A stretch of DNA of 64,000 nucleotides, taken from Phaeosaccion multiseriatum. Taxonomy: Eukaryota; Protista; Ochrophyta, other classes. Below the pieces are notes generated by a model. It saw only the letters and a list, made by a program, of their open reading frames with translations, had not been told where the DNA came from and did not search any database. Made by a program: the position numbers and the translations under genes. The stretch covers positions 3,906,001 through 3,970,000 of the forward strand of contig OZ218950.1 of the NCBI GenBank assembly GCA_965112735.1, written 5' to 3'. Shown here one piece after another: positions 40,949-54,378 of this stretch. Within the stretch, counting starts at the first letter, position 1. The number at the start of each line of letters is the position of its first letter.

Positions 40949-42611
40949 CTGCTGTTTCTGCTGCCCGTATCACCAACTGGTGTTGCTGCTGATGCTGCTG
41001 TTGGATTGGCGAGCGTGCTCCATATGATCAGGTGAGGTATGGGGGCGGGGGGGGGGGGCGCGCGTGAAGGTGGCAACCACGAAGAGTGTGGTGGCGGCGG
41101 GGAAGGGGGGGGGGGGGGTTATCTGGTCCTCTGATGCTTCAAAAACGTTTTAATTAAACTATGATTCGACCCTCTGTGTTTGGTCGCCGTGCTTCAATCA
41201 ACTCCTTTTGCTGAGACCAAATGATGTAACCCAAAAAGTGTACCACCCAAACCCAACCCTCGTAACCCTCGTGGTTCGCGGGCCCACAGCCTCGCCTGTT
41301 CCCGGGCTCTTCCAATCAGTTAATCGTCGTTGCTTCATGCGCACCTCTCCCTCGTGTTCCGCTTCTTCGCTTCCGACCCCCGACCGACCCCAGAAGAAGG
41401 AGCAGAGCCGAGCAAGTCCTGCTTTACTTCTACTGTACTTGTACTCTCTGGCGGAGGGCAGGTCAGTCAGGAAGGTATCGGATAAGTCCCACCCCACAAG
41501 AAACTGAAACTGGAAAGTGTCCAAGCTCGACAACGCTGCTTCAGTTGAGGTTTGTAATAGGCGGGGACAAAGGGTTTCCCCGACACGGAAGAGAACGTTT
41601 AGTGTGACACAAGTGAATGAGCGAAGGCGATGACGACGAATCATATACTTAGGACACCTTCGATGCGCCAAGGCGTAATGAGACTCCACATATTCGCCAA
41701 TTTCTGTTGGCACTGAAGGCCTTCGCTCGCAGACTTGCCCGTCATGATCAAAATGTCGAATCTGACAAGGGTCCGTACCCCACCCCCTGCATTTCTCACT
41801 ACCCACAAAACTGGCACTGTGGCTCAGTTTTGAGGAGGGAGGAGAGGAGAGGGGTGTTCGTGTATCTTCTCCCCTCATCCCTCATATTCCTCTTTCTCTC
41901 TCTCCCTCTCTTTCTCTCTCTCTCTCTCCCCCTCTCCCTCTCTCTCTTCTCTCCTCTCTCTCGTCCCGCGTGTGCGTGCGTGCGTGCCGTGCCTGCTTGA
42001 ATGTGTGCTCTTCTCTGCCTGCTCTTGGTGAATGAATGAATGAATGAATGACTGAATGAATGAATGACTGAATGAATATACCCACCTTTCCAGCTCGACC
42101 CCTTGGTACGACACGCACCGAAACAGCCCGGAGCCAGCACCGTCACAAGCACCGAAGGCATCGGCGACCGAAAGGAGGAAAGGAGGCTTTGGTTTTGCAG
42201 GCAGGGGAGCCAAGGGACTCTTTCTGGTGTTCACTCTGCTGCTGCTCTTGCCGCCTCAACGTTCCAAGAACCACGAACACACACCACAAGAGGGTCTTCG
42301 TGTCCCTTGCCTGCGAAACCAAAAAAATTGGATTCGCATCCCTCCTCCCTCTCCCCTCCAAACAAAAGGGAAGACTCGTCTTTGTACGCTTCACTTCGGA
42401 ATGGAAAGGATGGGTGTGGATGGGTGTGGATGGGTAGGGTGGATGGGTAGTGTGGATGCTCACTTGTACTCACGCAATAGGGTGTGGGTGGGTGTGGTTG
42501 GGGTGGGCACTCTGTGTAGCGGAAGGAGAAGTGCAGAGTCCGCCCCCTGACAAGGAAGTGGGGCGTACGTGGAATGCTGGTGTGTATTGTGTGTGTGGGG
42601 AACGCTCCCAA

Positions 42612-42660
<49 letters not shown>

Positions 42661-42972
42661 CGCTTCTTAATGTATTAAAATTGTTTCTTTGAGTTCATTT
42701 CTGCGGTCGACTTGCAGCTACAATGGTCTCGATGGCCCACTCGATGGCCCACAGTACCACCCGCAAGCGCTAACACCGCTCGTTTCGCACACAACCACCG
42801 ATGGACACACATCACAAATGGAACTCCGAAAGGAACACCTTAACGTTGCGTGGTGATCCAGTGCGTCGTGTTGTCATCTGTGGAGGAGACTTTCCATTGC
42901 CGCAGCAAAGCTACAGCCAAAGCAGTCCTTCGTTGCAGGAAGGCCTTTGACCTCCTGGCACGCGTCATGGCG

Positions 42973-45900
42973 TTACAGAAGGTCCGTCATGTGCACCTTC
43001 CTACGGATGGCGTTGGTGAAGCCCTCCTGGAACTTGAACCGCACTGCTGCCACTCTCTGCCCTCCTCGTTCCCCTCCTGTTACCGAGCCCCCCGGGGATG
43101 TCTTGGATGGAGTGAGCCCGGCCCGTCCCCTCCCGCGGGGGGTGCCCCCTGCTCCTCCTGCTGCCCTGAGACCTTCTCGTTTGTTCTTGGCCGCCACCCG
43201 AGAGGCCTGATCTGATGCTTTCTTCGCTCGCAAGTAAAAGGGCACCGCTACCACACTCTCCTCGGCCTTGCGCTTCTTGTTTTGCTCCTGTGCCTTGCTG
43301 CTCTGCTGCGCTGCCTCCCTCTTCTCCTTCTCCTGCTGCTCCTGGTAAAAGTTGAGCTTCTTTGTCTTTGGACCCCCCCTCTCATCACCTTCGTCCACGT
43401 TGTTCTCCTTGCCCTCCTTCTCTACCCTCTTTCTCTTCTCTGGTGTCGTTTTGCCCGCTTCAGTAGACGTCTCCTCGAGTCTTGCCTTGTCAGCACCGCC
43501 GCTGCTGGACTTTGTCGAAGTAAAGACAGATGCCTGTAGCGCATTCCAACAAAACATGACGAGGGAGTGAGAGGGACAAAGAGAGAGAGAGACAGAGAGA
43601 GGGACGAAGAGAGAGAGGGAGCGCGCGCAAGAGAGAGAGAGAGCCGCACCATCCAATTGATGAAAGAGAAGTGGAAAGTCACCAGAGAACAAGAGCGAGA
43701 GGAGAAGGACATGACGGAAACGTGCAACAATCCAACACCGGCACGACAGGCCCGCCCGATGCGATACAATGGGCCGAGAGGAGAGAGTAGAGAAGAGAGA
43801 GGACAGAGGAGAGGCTTCGTGCAGTGTCAAGCAGCAGTGTCAAGCAGCAGTGTCAAGCAGCAGTGTCAAGCAGCAGCGCTGCGATGGCCTGGCCCTCTTG
43901 GCTGTTGGCTGCCATATCTGTTTGTGCGACTGGTCGGGTGGGAGGCGGCGCACGCGGGTATATGGGCATGTGGGCAAGACCACAGAGCCGCCCCCTCCCT
44001 CTCAACCTCAAACCCGAGCCAACCTTGCTAACCTAGCTAACCTCGCTCTCTCGCTCGCTCTCACCTGCTGCTGCTGCTGCTGTTGCTGCTGCTCCTCTCT
44101 CTGACGCGAGCGCTCCTCCTCCTCCTCGTCCTCCCTTTCCGCCAGGGCCCTGATCTTTGCCATTTTAACTCGCTGAGACACCAAGTCCTGTTGCACAGGG
44201 CCTAGGGCGGCGTGTAGGTAAGGATACCCCGCGTACATGACAAGCTCATCGATGGCAGGCTCGAACAAGGCCCGGCGTGGCTCCTGCTGCTGCTGCTGCT
44301 GCTTCTGCTCCAGGCGCTGCTTGTTCCTGTTGCCGAAGGCCCCTCCTCCTCCCTGGAACTTGCTGCTGCTGCCGCCGTTGTTTCTATGGAAGCCGCCTCC
44401 CCCATACACACCGAAGCCTCCCCGAGGAGCAAAGTTGATGCCGCATGACACCAGCACCTGATCAGGGGAGGGGCATCACATCGTGACCAACACAATAGAA
44501 GACAGAGCCGAGAGGCGAGGCGTTACAGAAGGGTACCGGCGCTGTTCACCCCTGCATCCGCACTAAAATTGCTCCCACCCCCTCTACGACCCCCGTTTCC
44601 CTTCCCTTCCCTTCCCTTCCCTTCCCTTTCCCTCCCGTCCCCTCTTCTCGTCTCCCTCCCTCCTCTTCCCTCCCCTCCCTCACCTGGACCAAGTGCTCCA
44701 CAACAGGCTTCTCCGCACTGCTCAACAACTCCTGACTCACAGGACGGATGGACTGAGGCGCCACAATCTCACACAAGTAACTCACGACATCGAGTGCCGC
44801 CTCCCTTGCGCACCGCCCCGAGGCCAGCAGGGCCCTCCCGTCGTTGAAGCTCTTGAGGATGTTCGTCTTTTGCGTCTGCTGCTGCTGCTTCTCCCAGCCT
44901 GTGCGGGGTAAGCTCACTTCCACCTTGGTGCCGATACGACACAGCACGTGCACCCCTGTGGGTAGGGAAGGGTGCCAGGGCAGCAGGGTAGAGGTGTATG
45001 GACACGGCAGATGGAGGCAGCGAAGGAGAGGTCAGGAAGGAAGGTAGGGTAGGGTAGGGTAGGGTAGGGTAGGGTAGGGTAGGGTAGGGTAGGGTAGGGT
45101 AGGGTAGGGTAGGGTAGGGTAGAGTAGGGTAGGGTAGGGTAGGGTAGGGTAGGGTAGGGTAGGGTAGGATAGGATACGGTAGAGTAGGGTAGGGCAGTAG
45201 TAGGACACGGAAGGGCAGGACAGAGGAGGGAAGAGTAGGACATGAATCCAGTGGTGCCTTAGCCTGTTGGCCTGCTATTGGCCTGCTATTGGCCTGCTAT
45301 TGGCCTACTCCTGGCCTACCAGTGGCGGGCGCCTGCAAGGGGCCTTTTGGGCTCCCATCGGGGTATTATTCACTTACTCACCTGCGGCGGCGGCGGGTAC
45401 ATAGGCCATAAAAGCGTAGTCCTGGCTGCTGGAGACGCGTGCCTCCATACAATCTGCATACACCATCCACTCCACGGCCTCGGCGGACCTGCACAGGGCA
45501 TAGTGACACAGCCGCAGCGACAGCCACAGCACAGCGCGGAAGGGGGCCGTAGGGGGGGGGGGGGGGAGGACGAGAGCGGGGCGCGTGACTGATGAGTCTG
45601 TGTGCGCGAGGGTGCGTTCGTGGTTGTGACTGTTCATGTCTGTGTGTGCGCGCGCGAGTGTGAGAGTGAGCGAACGAATGCGATGTAGAGCGAGCGAGTC
45701 CCCACCCGTCCCTCCCTCCCTCTCTCCCTCCCTCCCTCCCTCCCTCCCTCCCTCCCTCCCTCCCTCCCTCCCTCCCTCCCTCCCTCCCTCCGCCCCTTCA
45801 TCCCTCCCTCCCTCCCTCCCTCCCTCCCTCCCTCCCTCCCTCCCTCCCTCCCTCCGTGCCTGCCTGCCTGCCTGCCTGCCTCCCTCCTTCCCTCCCTGCA

Positions 45901-47050
45901 TACCAACCTCGTCATGGAAGGGTCGTGGAATTTAACGTTGAGGTATGTCTCGTGCATGCCCGCAACAATCTTCCTTCCGTCATTGAATGCTTGCACCTCT
46001 TCCATCACTTGCTCAGCACTGCTGCGACCACTGCCCGCTGCGGTGTGCCGGGAGGGAAGGGAGGGAGGGAGGGAGGGACGGGGAGGGCGGGGGGAGGAAC
46101 GAGTCAGCTCAGCAACAAGGACAGCAAATGAGTAGGAATGAAAGGAGTAGGCAGCAAGTCAGGGTTCTGGAAAGAAAGAAAGAATGAAACTGAAAACTGA
46201 CCTGCCACGCCGTCTCCCCTCGAGGAGGAGGAGCCACCGGCGGATGACGCGCTGCTGCTGACACTGCTGACGGTGTTTCGTCGCTTGAAAATACCGTGCC
46301 ATACCTGCAGACCGTCCCTTCTCTCGTCCTTGATGCCTCTCTCTATAGCCCCTCGCAGCGCCTCCGTCACCTGCCGCAGATTGAGAGAGAGAGAGAGAGT
46401 GGAGGAGAGGGAGGGAGTGAGTGGGAGAGAGAGAGAAAAGGAGAGAAAGAGTGGAGGAGAGGAAGGGAGTGAGTGACGGAGAGAGGGAGGGAGAGTGGGA
46501 AGGAAGGATTGAGCGAGAGAGGGAGGGAGGGAGGCAGGGAGGGAGGGAGAGAGGGAGAGAGGCAGGGAGGGTGGGCAGGCGGGAGGGACACCCGACCAAC
46601 GAAATCAACCAACGAAATCAACCAACAACAAACCCACCAAACCAGATCAACCAACACCCTTCCTTCCTTACCTTGGACATGCTGACGGGCCCCTTCTTCT
46701 CCAGACACCCGCTCTGGCGATGCACCAACTGCAACGTGTTGAGACAGGACCGCACATCATTGCCCGTGGCTTGCGCGAGCTGAGCCAACATGGCCGCCCC
46801 CACCATCATGCCCTCCGCGCTGCTAATGGCCTTGAGTCTCGCCACCAACCGCGGCCCCCTTGTGCCCCGAAAGTTGAACACGTGCGCCACGCCTCGAATC
46901 GGGCGCAACGCCGGGGCGTATTGGTCGTTGCAAATGAGAATCAGAGGCCGCACCAGGGGGTGCCCACTCTTGGCCTTGCCCCCCTTCCTACTGATGTTCT
47001 TCTTACTGCTGCTGCCTCCTCCTCCCTCCCCGTCGTCCTCTCCGTCCTTC

Positions 47051-47082
<32 letters not shown>

Positions 47083-47851
47083 GTTGCTGCTACCTCTGGG
47101 AGGGGCGGTGACCATGTCGAGGATCATCTTGATACCCTTGCTATCGATCCCGTCCACCTCGTCCAGGATGATGCAGTTGGGCTTGCCGTCCCCGAAGAGG
47201 GAGCGGTGCTCCATGGCCCGAATCATCTGGTGTTTGTTTGTGTGTTTGCAAAGATAAGCAGTTGTGTGTGTGTGTATGTGTGTGTGTGTGTGTGTGTGTG
47301 CATGTGCGTGAGCGTTTGTGGGAAAAGATGGGAGAGGAGATTCAGGGCCGGACCGCGAAATAAATGGCCAATGGGCATTGTTGCCAAAGTGCTTCAACAC
47401 AGTTACCATTGGGGAGGTCAGCTTGAGGCAGTGGTGCTACGGAGTATAAGTCCATCCAACCTACTCAAAAAAGACGCCGACCGACCGACCGACCGACCGA
47501 CCGACCGACCGAATCAACGGCCTCCAAAGCTCACCCCATCCACTGCCATCCCTCCTCCCCCGTCCCATCCGCTGGCGTCTCCACCCCCCTCTCACTGACC
47601 TGGTCCTTTAGCACAGAGGCAGTGCGGTCGTCGCTGGCGTTGATCTCAAAGGGCCGATACCCCGCCTGCTTGGCTACCACGTGCGCGAGTGTTGTCTTGC
47701 CTGAGAGGGGCACATACACACAAACACGCACATACACATACACCGCAAGGAAGAGCGACAGGAGCAGCAGCAGTAGTAGAGCAGCAGGTCATGGCGTCAG
47801 ATACCTGCCCCTTCCCCCACGACCGCCACACACACACACACACACACACAC

Positions 47852-47895
<44 letters not shown>

Positions 47896-48150
47896 ATACG
47901 TATCAAACAACTCACCCATTCCGGGAGGTCCGCACATAAGAATGACCTTGACATCAGGTCGAAGGTCTCTCCCCGCTGCCCCTCCCTCCCCCCCCCCCTC
48001 GCCCCCTCCCGTGACCGCCGCTGCCGCCGCCGCCGCCCCCGCCGCCCTCCCCTGCCGCTGCTGCCTCGGCCTCTCGAAGGCCGGAGCTGCAGTCTTGGCC
48101 TTTGCACCGAAGCCACCCATGAGCGCTTTGGCTTTGTTGGTGGGATCTTC

Positions 48151-48184
<34 letters not shown>

Positions 48185-49708
48185 CCGCTGCCGCTGCTGC
48201 CCCGCCCCCCCTGCCCTCCTTTTCCGAACACCGAGTCGCCCCACGCCAGCACGGCACGCAACACCTCTCGATTGAGGCGCTCATCGCTCAGCAGCTGCGT
48301 GAAGGTGGAAGGAGCGTATTTGTCCACCCACAGGCTCACGTTCGGACCCTTTCCTGGCTCCTGCTGTTCCTTCTGCTTTTGCTTCTCCTGCAGCTGCGCG
48401 TCCTCCTTTTGTTGCTTGCTCCGGTCTACTTCCCTCCCTTCCTCTCCAAGAAGGCTTGCTGCCGCTGCTTCTACAGCCGATGCGTCTTGCGATGCGATGG
48501 CCTCCGCCTCCTCCTCTGCTCTCTTGCGCTCGGCTTCCTCCTCTTGCTCTATTCGTCTCGCCGTGCTTGAGGTTTGGGAGCAAAGAAGGACGGTAGGAAA
48601 GACCACAACAACAAAAATCAGGGGAGGAGGAGGAGGACAGAAAGGAGGGGGAGGGGCGGGGGTGCATTGATAAGACTTCACGGAAAGGAAGGAGCTGGGC
48701 CAGCGCGCCTTCAGTTGCTCACCTCGCGACGCTAGCAAGCTCCTTCTGCTCGAGCCTGTTCATGAGCTCGTCAATGGAGACGGTCAGCAGCTGTACCCCC
48801 TCTCCAGCCCGCCCCGCTCCTCCTCCTCCTCCTCCTCCTCCTCCTCCTCCTCCTGCTGCTGCTGCTGCTGCTCTTCCTCCTCCTCCTGCTGCTCTTCTCC
48901 TGCAGGGTACACCAGAAGAGTTGAGAACGACTTAGGTGGTAAGGTATCAAATCAAATCCCAAAGTTTCGATGCATGCAAGTACCCACACACTCAGGGAGA
49001 ATGCCATAGACTTGAGACTTCTCCCCATCTATATGTATACACCCTCGCTCCCTCCCTCCCTCCCTCCCTCCCTCCCTCCTTCCCTCCCTCCCTCCCTCCC
49101 TCCCTCCCTCCCTCCCTCCCTCCCTCCTTTACGCTTCCGCTCCCCGCCCTCGCCCCGCCAACCCACCTTCCTCCTCCCTCCTTACCTGTCTCTCTTCCTT
49201 AGGTAGCACCTGTCTCCGTTTGGGAGTGTGCACATGGCGCTCTCAGCCCCCTCGGGAGGCCGCTTCAGCACCATCGCCCTGCTGGCGCGCGAGAAGGAAA
49301 GTGAAGCAACACCCGCAGCACCAGCTGAAGCACCGCTGCGGGCTACTATGCGCATCTTGGGCCTGATACTACTTCTTCCACCACCGCGAACATCATCACT
49401 GGGGCTATCGCTGTCACCGTCTGTCTTCTGCTGCTGCTGCTTGGCCCGGATGTGAGCGTGAAGCCTGGAACTAGCGACAGAGGGACCCTTTTGAGTGCCT
49501 CCTTTGCCCCATGCGTTGGCGGCGGGTGTATGGGCAGGGCCGCCTCCCAAGTCATCGTCGGAGTCGTCGGCTGAGATTGGGAGAAGGGGGATGGTGTGGA
49601 GGGAAATGAGAGGGAAAGAGAGAAGAAGGACGACGGAAGAAGCCATTGGGGGTGGGGGGAGAGGGAGGGAAGGGGAAGTGGTGGAAGAGCGTGCGGGAGA
49701 GAGAGAAA

Positions 49709-49772
<64 letters not shown>

Positions 49773-50266
49773 CCAAGTGAGCAGGGCGGCGCGGTCCGAG
49801 GGCTCGCTGTAAGACCGTGAAGTGTAGGGCACGAAGTCTGCCATGCCAACCTACCTGAGCTCAGCCCGAGGTCCCCATAGTCTGGTCCATTAGGCCAGGA
49901 CGGGCCATCCAATGGTCTCTTTTGGGGGGATCCCGAGCTGCAACGGCTCTTGGCGAGCAGCCCCACTGCCGGCCGTCGTGATGCAGAGGTGGGCAAGCTT
50001 GCCTTATTCAGGGCGGACTGGAGCTGGGCGGCGCGCTGCGCTGCCTCTCCTGCCGAGGCAGGGTCCATTCCTCCTCCTCCCCCTCCTCCACCACCACCAC
50101 TACCCTTGGGGATGCTAGTGGAAGGCATAGGGTGCTGTGCCGAGGGAGGGGCAGCGAGGGCAGCCTCTGCCTCGGCGTCCAAATCCCCCTGGTCCATCAT
50201 CATCTCCTCCTGCATTTCCTCCTCCAGGCCCAACATGTCCTCATCGTCCCAGTCCGGTTCATCCAT
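42973..50266 (-). CDS. CTF18: Chromosome transmission fidelity protein 18 (CTF18-RFC clamp-loader large subunit), about 12 exons
   Basis: [25 protein letters not shown], Walker A CGPPGMG|[23 protein letters not shown], Walker [38 protein letters not shown], and the C-terminal Ctf8/Dcc1-binding tail [15 protein letters not shown]. Confidence 0.95.
45043..45195 (+). repeat. (GGGTA)n pentanucleotide array in a CTF18 intron
   Basis: Roughly 30 near-perfect copies are visible. Confidence 0.95.
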
Positions 50267-50317
50267 TGTGGAAGGGAGGTGCGTCTCTCTTTCTCCTTCC
50301 TCTCTCCCTCTCTGCTT

Positions 50318-50320
<3 letters not shown>

Positions 50321-50388
<68 letters not shown>

Positions 50389-50489
50389 CTCCTCCTCCTC
50401 CTCCTCCTCCTCCTCCTCCTCCTCCTCCTCCTCCTCCTCCTCCTCCTCCTCCTCCTCCTCCTCCTCCTCCTCCTCCTCCTCCTTCTCCT

Positions 50490-50522
<33 letters not shown>
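50321..50522. repeat. Compound (CT)n-(CCT)n-(CT)n array between the divergent CTF18 and ARL2BP starts
   Basis: Directly visible; nearly pure polypyrimidine/polypurine. Confidence 0.95.
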
Positions 50523-50523
<1 letters not shown>

Positions 50524-50746
50524 TAAACTCTCTAAAAGCGAGTACTGTAGCGAATTCAAAAAGGTGCCAAGAAGGCAGTGAACCCACGGGACCGTGTGCG
50601 CGATAATCCCGTGTAACGGAAATGCTGAGGCTCCATCTCCCACCGAGACCCGCTCCGCAGAGCATTACACGAGTAGGCTACCACCCCAAAGAGCACTCTG
50701 TTAACAAGTAGGCCTGGCGTTCGAAAATTTGAGAGAGACAGAGAAG

Positions 50747-51902
50747 ATGCAAGCAGGGTTTGACGTCGTGGAGGGACTGGAAGACGGAGGAGAGGACGTG
50801 GACATTACACACAGAGGGACTGGAGAGGTGAGAGCGGGTATAGGCCCCTTCGGCCTGCTATTACCTGTGCACGCCCCTTGTGTGTCTCTTCTATGCGAGG
50901 GCTGCTCTTGTCCGGGCTGCTTCTGCCGATGGTGAAGCTCAACGCCGGACAGAGGACGGGACGGGCGACGGATGACTCGGGATCCTTCGGCGTGGATTTC
51001 CTTCTCGTAGAGAAGAACTAACCCTCCCGTTGCTCCAACTTTAACCAACTTCCCTTCTTCTTTACAACATCTCACAGGAGCAACGCTTTGATGAAACCGT
51101 GGGCATGCTGGAGGAGGTACTGCTCGACAACGAGTTTGTGACAATGCAACAGACCTTTCTCGACAAGTGGGCAGGTAAGGCAACATGCTTTGTTGACAAG
51201 AAAAGGAGGCGCGAACGGGGGCACGCTAGAACCGCTAAGCTCTCTTCAAGGAGAGTACTCTGTGTTGTCGCCGAGAAGCCACCTCTGACACAGGACCCAA
51301 CCATCCATCCACTCCGTTCCACCTCATGTGTTCGCACGCGCTTTCGCAGATCAATTCGAGGACTCCGACGAAAACAAGCTCTTGTACACAGACGTGTTCA
51401 CGCAGTGGACAGAGATGGTGGAGGGGCACGTGGAGGAGCGCCTGAAGGACAAAATGCCCCACTTCGAGATGGAGACTTTCTTCAAGGCCATCAGCGAGAA
51501 AGACGAAGGTGTGTGTGTGTGTGTATGTGTGTGAGAGATAGAGAGAGGGAGGGAGGATAACGCCCCCCACCCACCCACCCACCAACCCAATCAGCAAAGA
51601 GAGATGTCGTCTTTTCCCTGCCTGCCAAGCATCTCTGCTCCCTTCTGAAGTCCCACTGCCCTCCGTCGCTGCCGCCCTCCCTCTCTTCCTCCATCACAGC
51701 TGACATCACCGGCGACGTGTTCGATATGCTCTTGTCTCTGGGCGAGTTCTCCGAGTTTAAGGCCCTCATGATGGCGCACAAGGGCGGAGCGGCGCTGGGA
51801 GGGGGCATGGAGCTTGTGGGGGAGCCACCAGCGTGCAATGTCACCGCGGAAACCTTGGGAGGACGCCACAGCAACGTTCCCATGAGAGCCATGCCTTCGT
51901 GA
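50747..51902 (+). CDS. ARL2BP: ARL2-binding protein / BART-domain protein. Exons 50747-50827, 51078-51174, 51350-51508, 51700-51902
   Basis: FDETVGMLEEVLLDNEF, FEDSDENKLLYTDVF, GDVFDMLLSLGEFSEFKALM. All junctions are in frame. Confidence 0.85.
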
Positions 51903-51919
51903 GGCGGCAGCTTGATGCT

Positions 51920-51969
<50 letters not shown>

Positions 51970-52815
51970 GGTGATACAGCAGCGTACCCTTCCTCTGGGG
52001 GCCTTGTCTCAGGGGCTCCATGCCTTCTACTCGTCCTTTGGACCACAACTTGACCGTGAGACGAGGAGAGCGAGTGCAGAGGAGATGTAGGTATTACGCA
52101 GTAGTGTGTGGAAATGAGATGTAGGTATTACGCAGTAGGGTGTGGAAATGTAACTCCGTCGCCTCTCGATGGAGAATGAATGTCACGGCCTCCGGTCTGC
52201 GAGCCGACGGACGGAGAAGAAAGGGAGGCCTCCGGCTTTTTTCACATGATTGAGTGCCCGTGAATGAGTGAGTGTCGGTGCTACCGAAGGAAAGGGTGCA
52301 CATCGGGTCCATCAATGAAAAGGACCAAAACCCGTAAGATCCATACGGTGCATGCTGCAAGGGAGCTCTGCTGACAGGTTGGTGGGTGCACGTGTAGGTC
52401 GGAGAGCCGAGAGCCGAGAGTGAACAGACGCCAGTTTGAGTTTTGAGTTTATTGACCTCGATCGATCGATCGATACGTCGGCGGGAAGGGCAGGCATGGC
52501 GTGAGTGACAGACCACACCTCAGGACTGTCACCGCAAAGCCGGCGGCGCGAGGGAGGCGAACGAGTGCACAGAGAGCACACGGGGATAAGAGTGGATGAA
52601 CAACAAACAGCAGGCAGGACGGAGCGTGGCCAAAAGAAATTGTACTAAAGTATCTTGTATCTTGTATCTTGTATCTTGTGGTTTCTCTCACGCTGCGGAT
52701 GCGTAGTGTATCGGAGCTTCTCTTTCGTCACGCCCCCCCTTCTCGGCCTCCTTTCCATCACCCCGACCAATACCCCCTTCTTCTCTAGTGATGGCAAAGT
52801 TGATGTGCTCACTTT

Positions 52816-54344
52816 TCACTCCACTTCCATGCCCTCCTTGTTGCTCGCTTGCTGGTTGCTCGAGCTTTCGGCCCCACCCCCCGCCGCTGCCGGCCCTGCT
52901 GCTGCCGGCCCTGCTGCTGCTGCTGCTGCTGCTGATGGCGCAACCCCTCCTACTGCTTCCTTCGCTTCTGCCACCTCCACCTCCATGGCGTCTGTACCAC
53001 CAACTGCTGCGGCCCCCTTCCCTTGCGCCGGGGTGGTGCTGCTGATAATCGCCTCGCAGGAAGTAGCCACAACAGACGCAGATGCTGCAGCAGCTGGGGT
53101 AGCAGTTGGTGATACAGCACAAGACTCGTCCTTCCCACCTGCATCCGCGTCTTGGCTTACACCCTCGGGCGTCTGGAGCGGGGGCGGGCTGTCCTTACAC
53201 TCGAGCCAGCCTCCGTCCTCACACTCCCCATTGGCTCTGGGAGTGGGTGTGGGAGTGGGTGTGGGTGTGGGGGTCGTGACCACCTTGGCGCTAGCGGGGG
53301 CCTTGCCATCTGCGATGGGAGAGGGCGCAGGCGCAGCCGCCGCTGCTTCTGAAGGGCGCCTAGAGCTAGAGCTGGCACTCGTGCTACTGGTGCTGCCGGT
53401 GCTGCCTCCCGCGTGGAAGAAGTTGAGCAGCGACTTTTGGCCGGGGATCTGGGGCACGCTTGGTGTCGCTGCTGACGTCACGCTCGCCGCACTTGCCGCA
53501 CTGGCCGCCGCCGCTGTTGCTGCTGCTGCTGCGGCAGAGGCCGCCAGAGATGCTTGCTGTGCTTCTGCGGCTGCCTGCTTCTCGGTGGCAAGCGTGGCTG
53601 CGGCTGCGGCTGCCGCTTCTGCCTCTGCCTTCTCCGTCACTCTGGCCTCCTCGGCCGCCGCCTGCGCAGACTCCATCGCCCCTTGCTTCACCACCCACAC
53701 CCACTGCCCCATCACGTTCTTGGTCCTCTCCGCCGCCTGCGTAATGAGCTCCCCGACGGCCTTCTTGGTGCAGTTCGGGTAAGCTTTGGTAAAGCCCTCC
53801 ACCATCTCGGCCTTTTTGATCTGACTCGTCCCAATGTACTCAAGCAAAGTGGGCACCAGCGTCAAGGGAATCTCCTTTCTCCCCGGGCCTCTTCGCTTGC
53901 TGCTACTACTACTGATGCTGCTGCTGCTGCTGCTGACCGCCGCGCCTCCTTCTCCTCCGCTTCCTGCTGCTCCGCCTTCCAACTGCCCTGCTCCTCCTGC
54001 CCCAGCCTCAGCCCCCCGGCCCGAAGGCCCCAAATACTTGCCAGCCCCAGCCTCCCCGCCGCCGGAAGCTGCTCCCTTCCTGTGGGCACCGCTGCAGCCG
54101 CCGCCCGGCTCGAGCACCGATCTCGCCGGGACCGTCGGAGTGCTTGCGCTACACGGGATGAAGAGGTAGCTTGTTGGTGTGGTGCTCAGCCCGCTCCGAG
54201 GAGGAACAACAGCAGGCCCAATGCCAATGCCCCCTCCTTTCTCCGTGCTGCTGCTGCTGCTGCTGCTGGCGCCGACAAGAGGGGGAGTGCTGGCTTGCGT
54301 CCCGACGCCACCGGTACCGCCGGAGACCAAGGAGGAGGAGGGCG

Positions 54345-54378
<34 letters not shown>

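Noticed and set aside
43821-43876. Short direct repeats as a possible CRISPR array (also 29471-29539 and 52082-52149)
   Set aside because: They are tandem with no unique spacers, there are no cas genes, and the context is eukaryotic.
45043-45195. (TAGGG)n as a telomere or chromosome-fusion scar
   Set aside because: It sits inside an intron of an intact CTF18 gene, and the same unit appears briefly at another intron (8626-8640).
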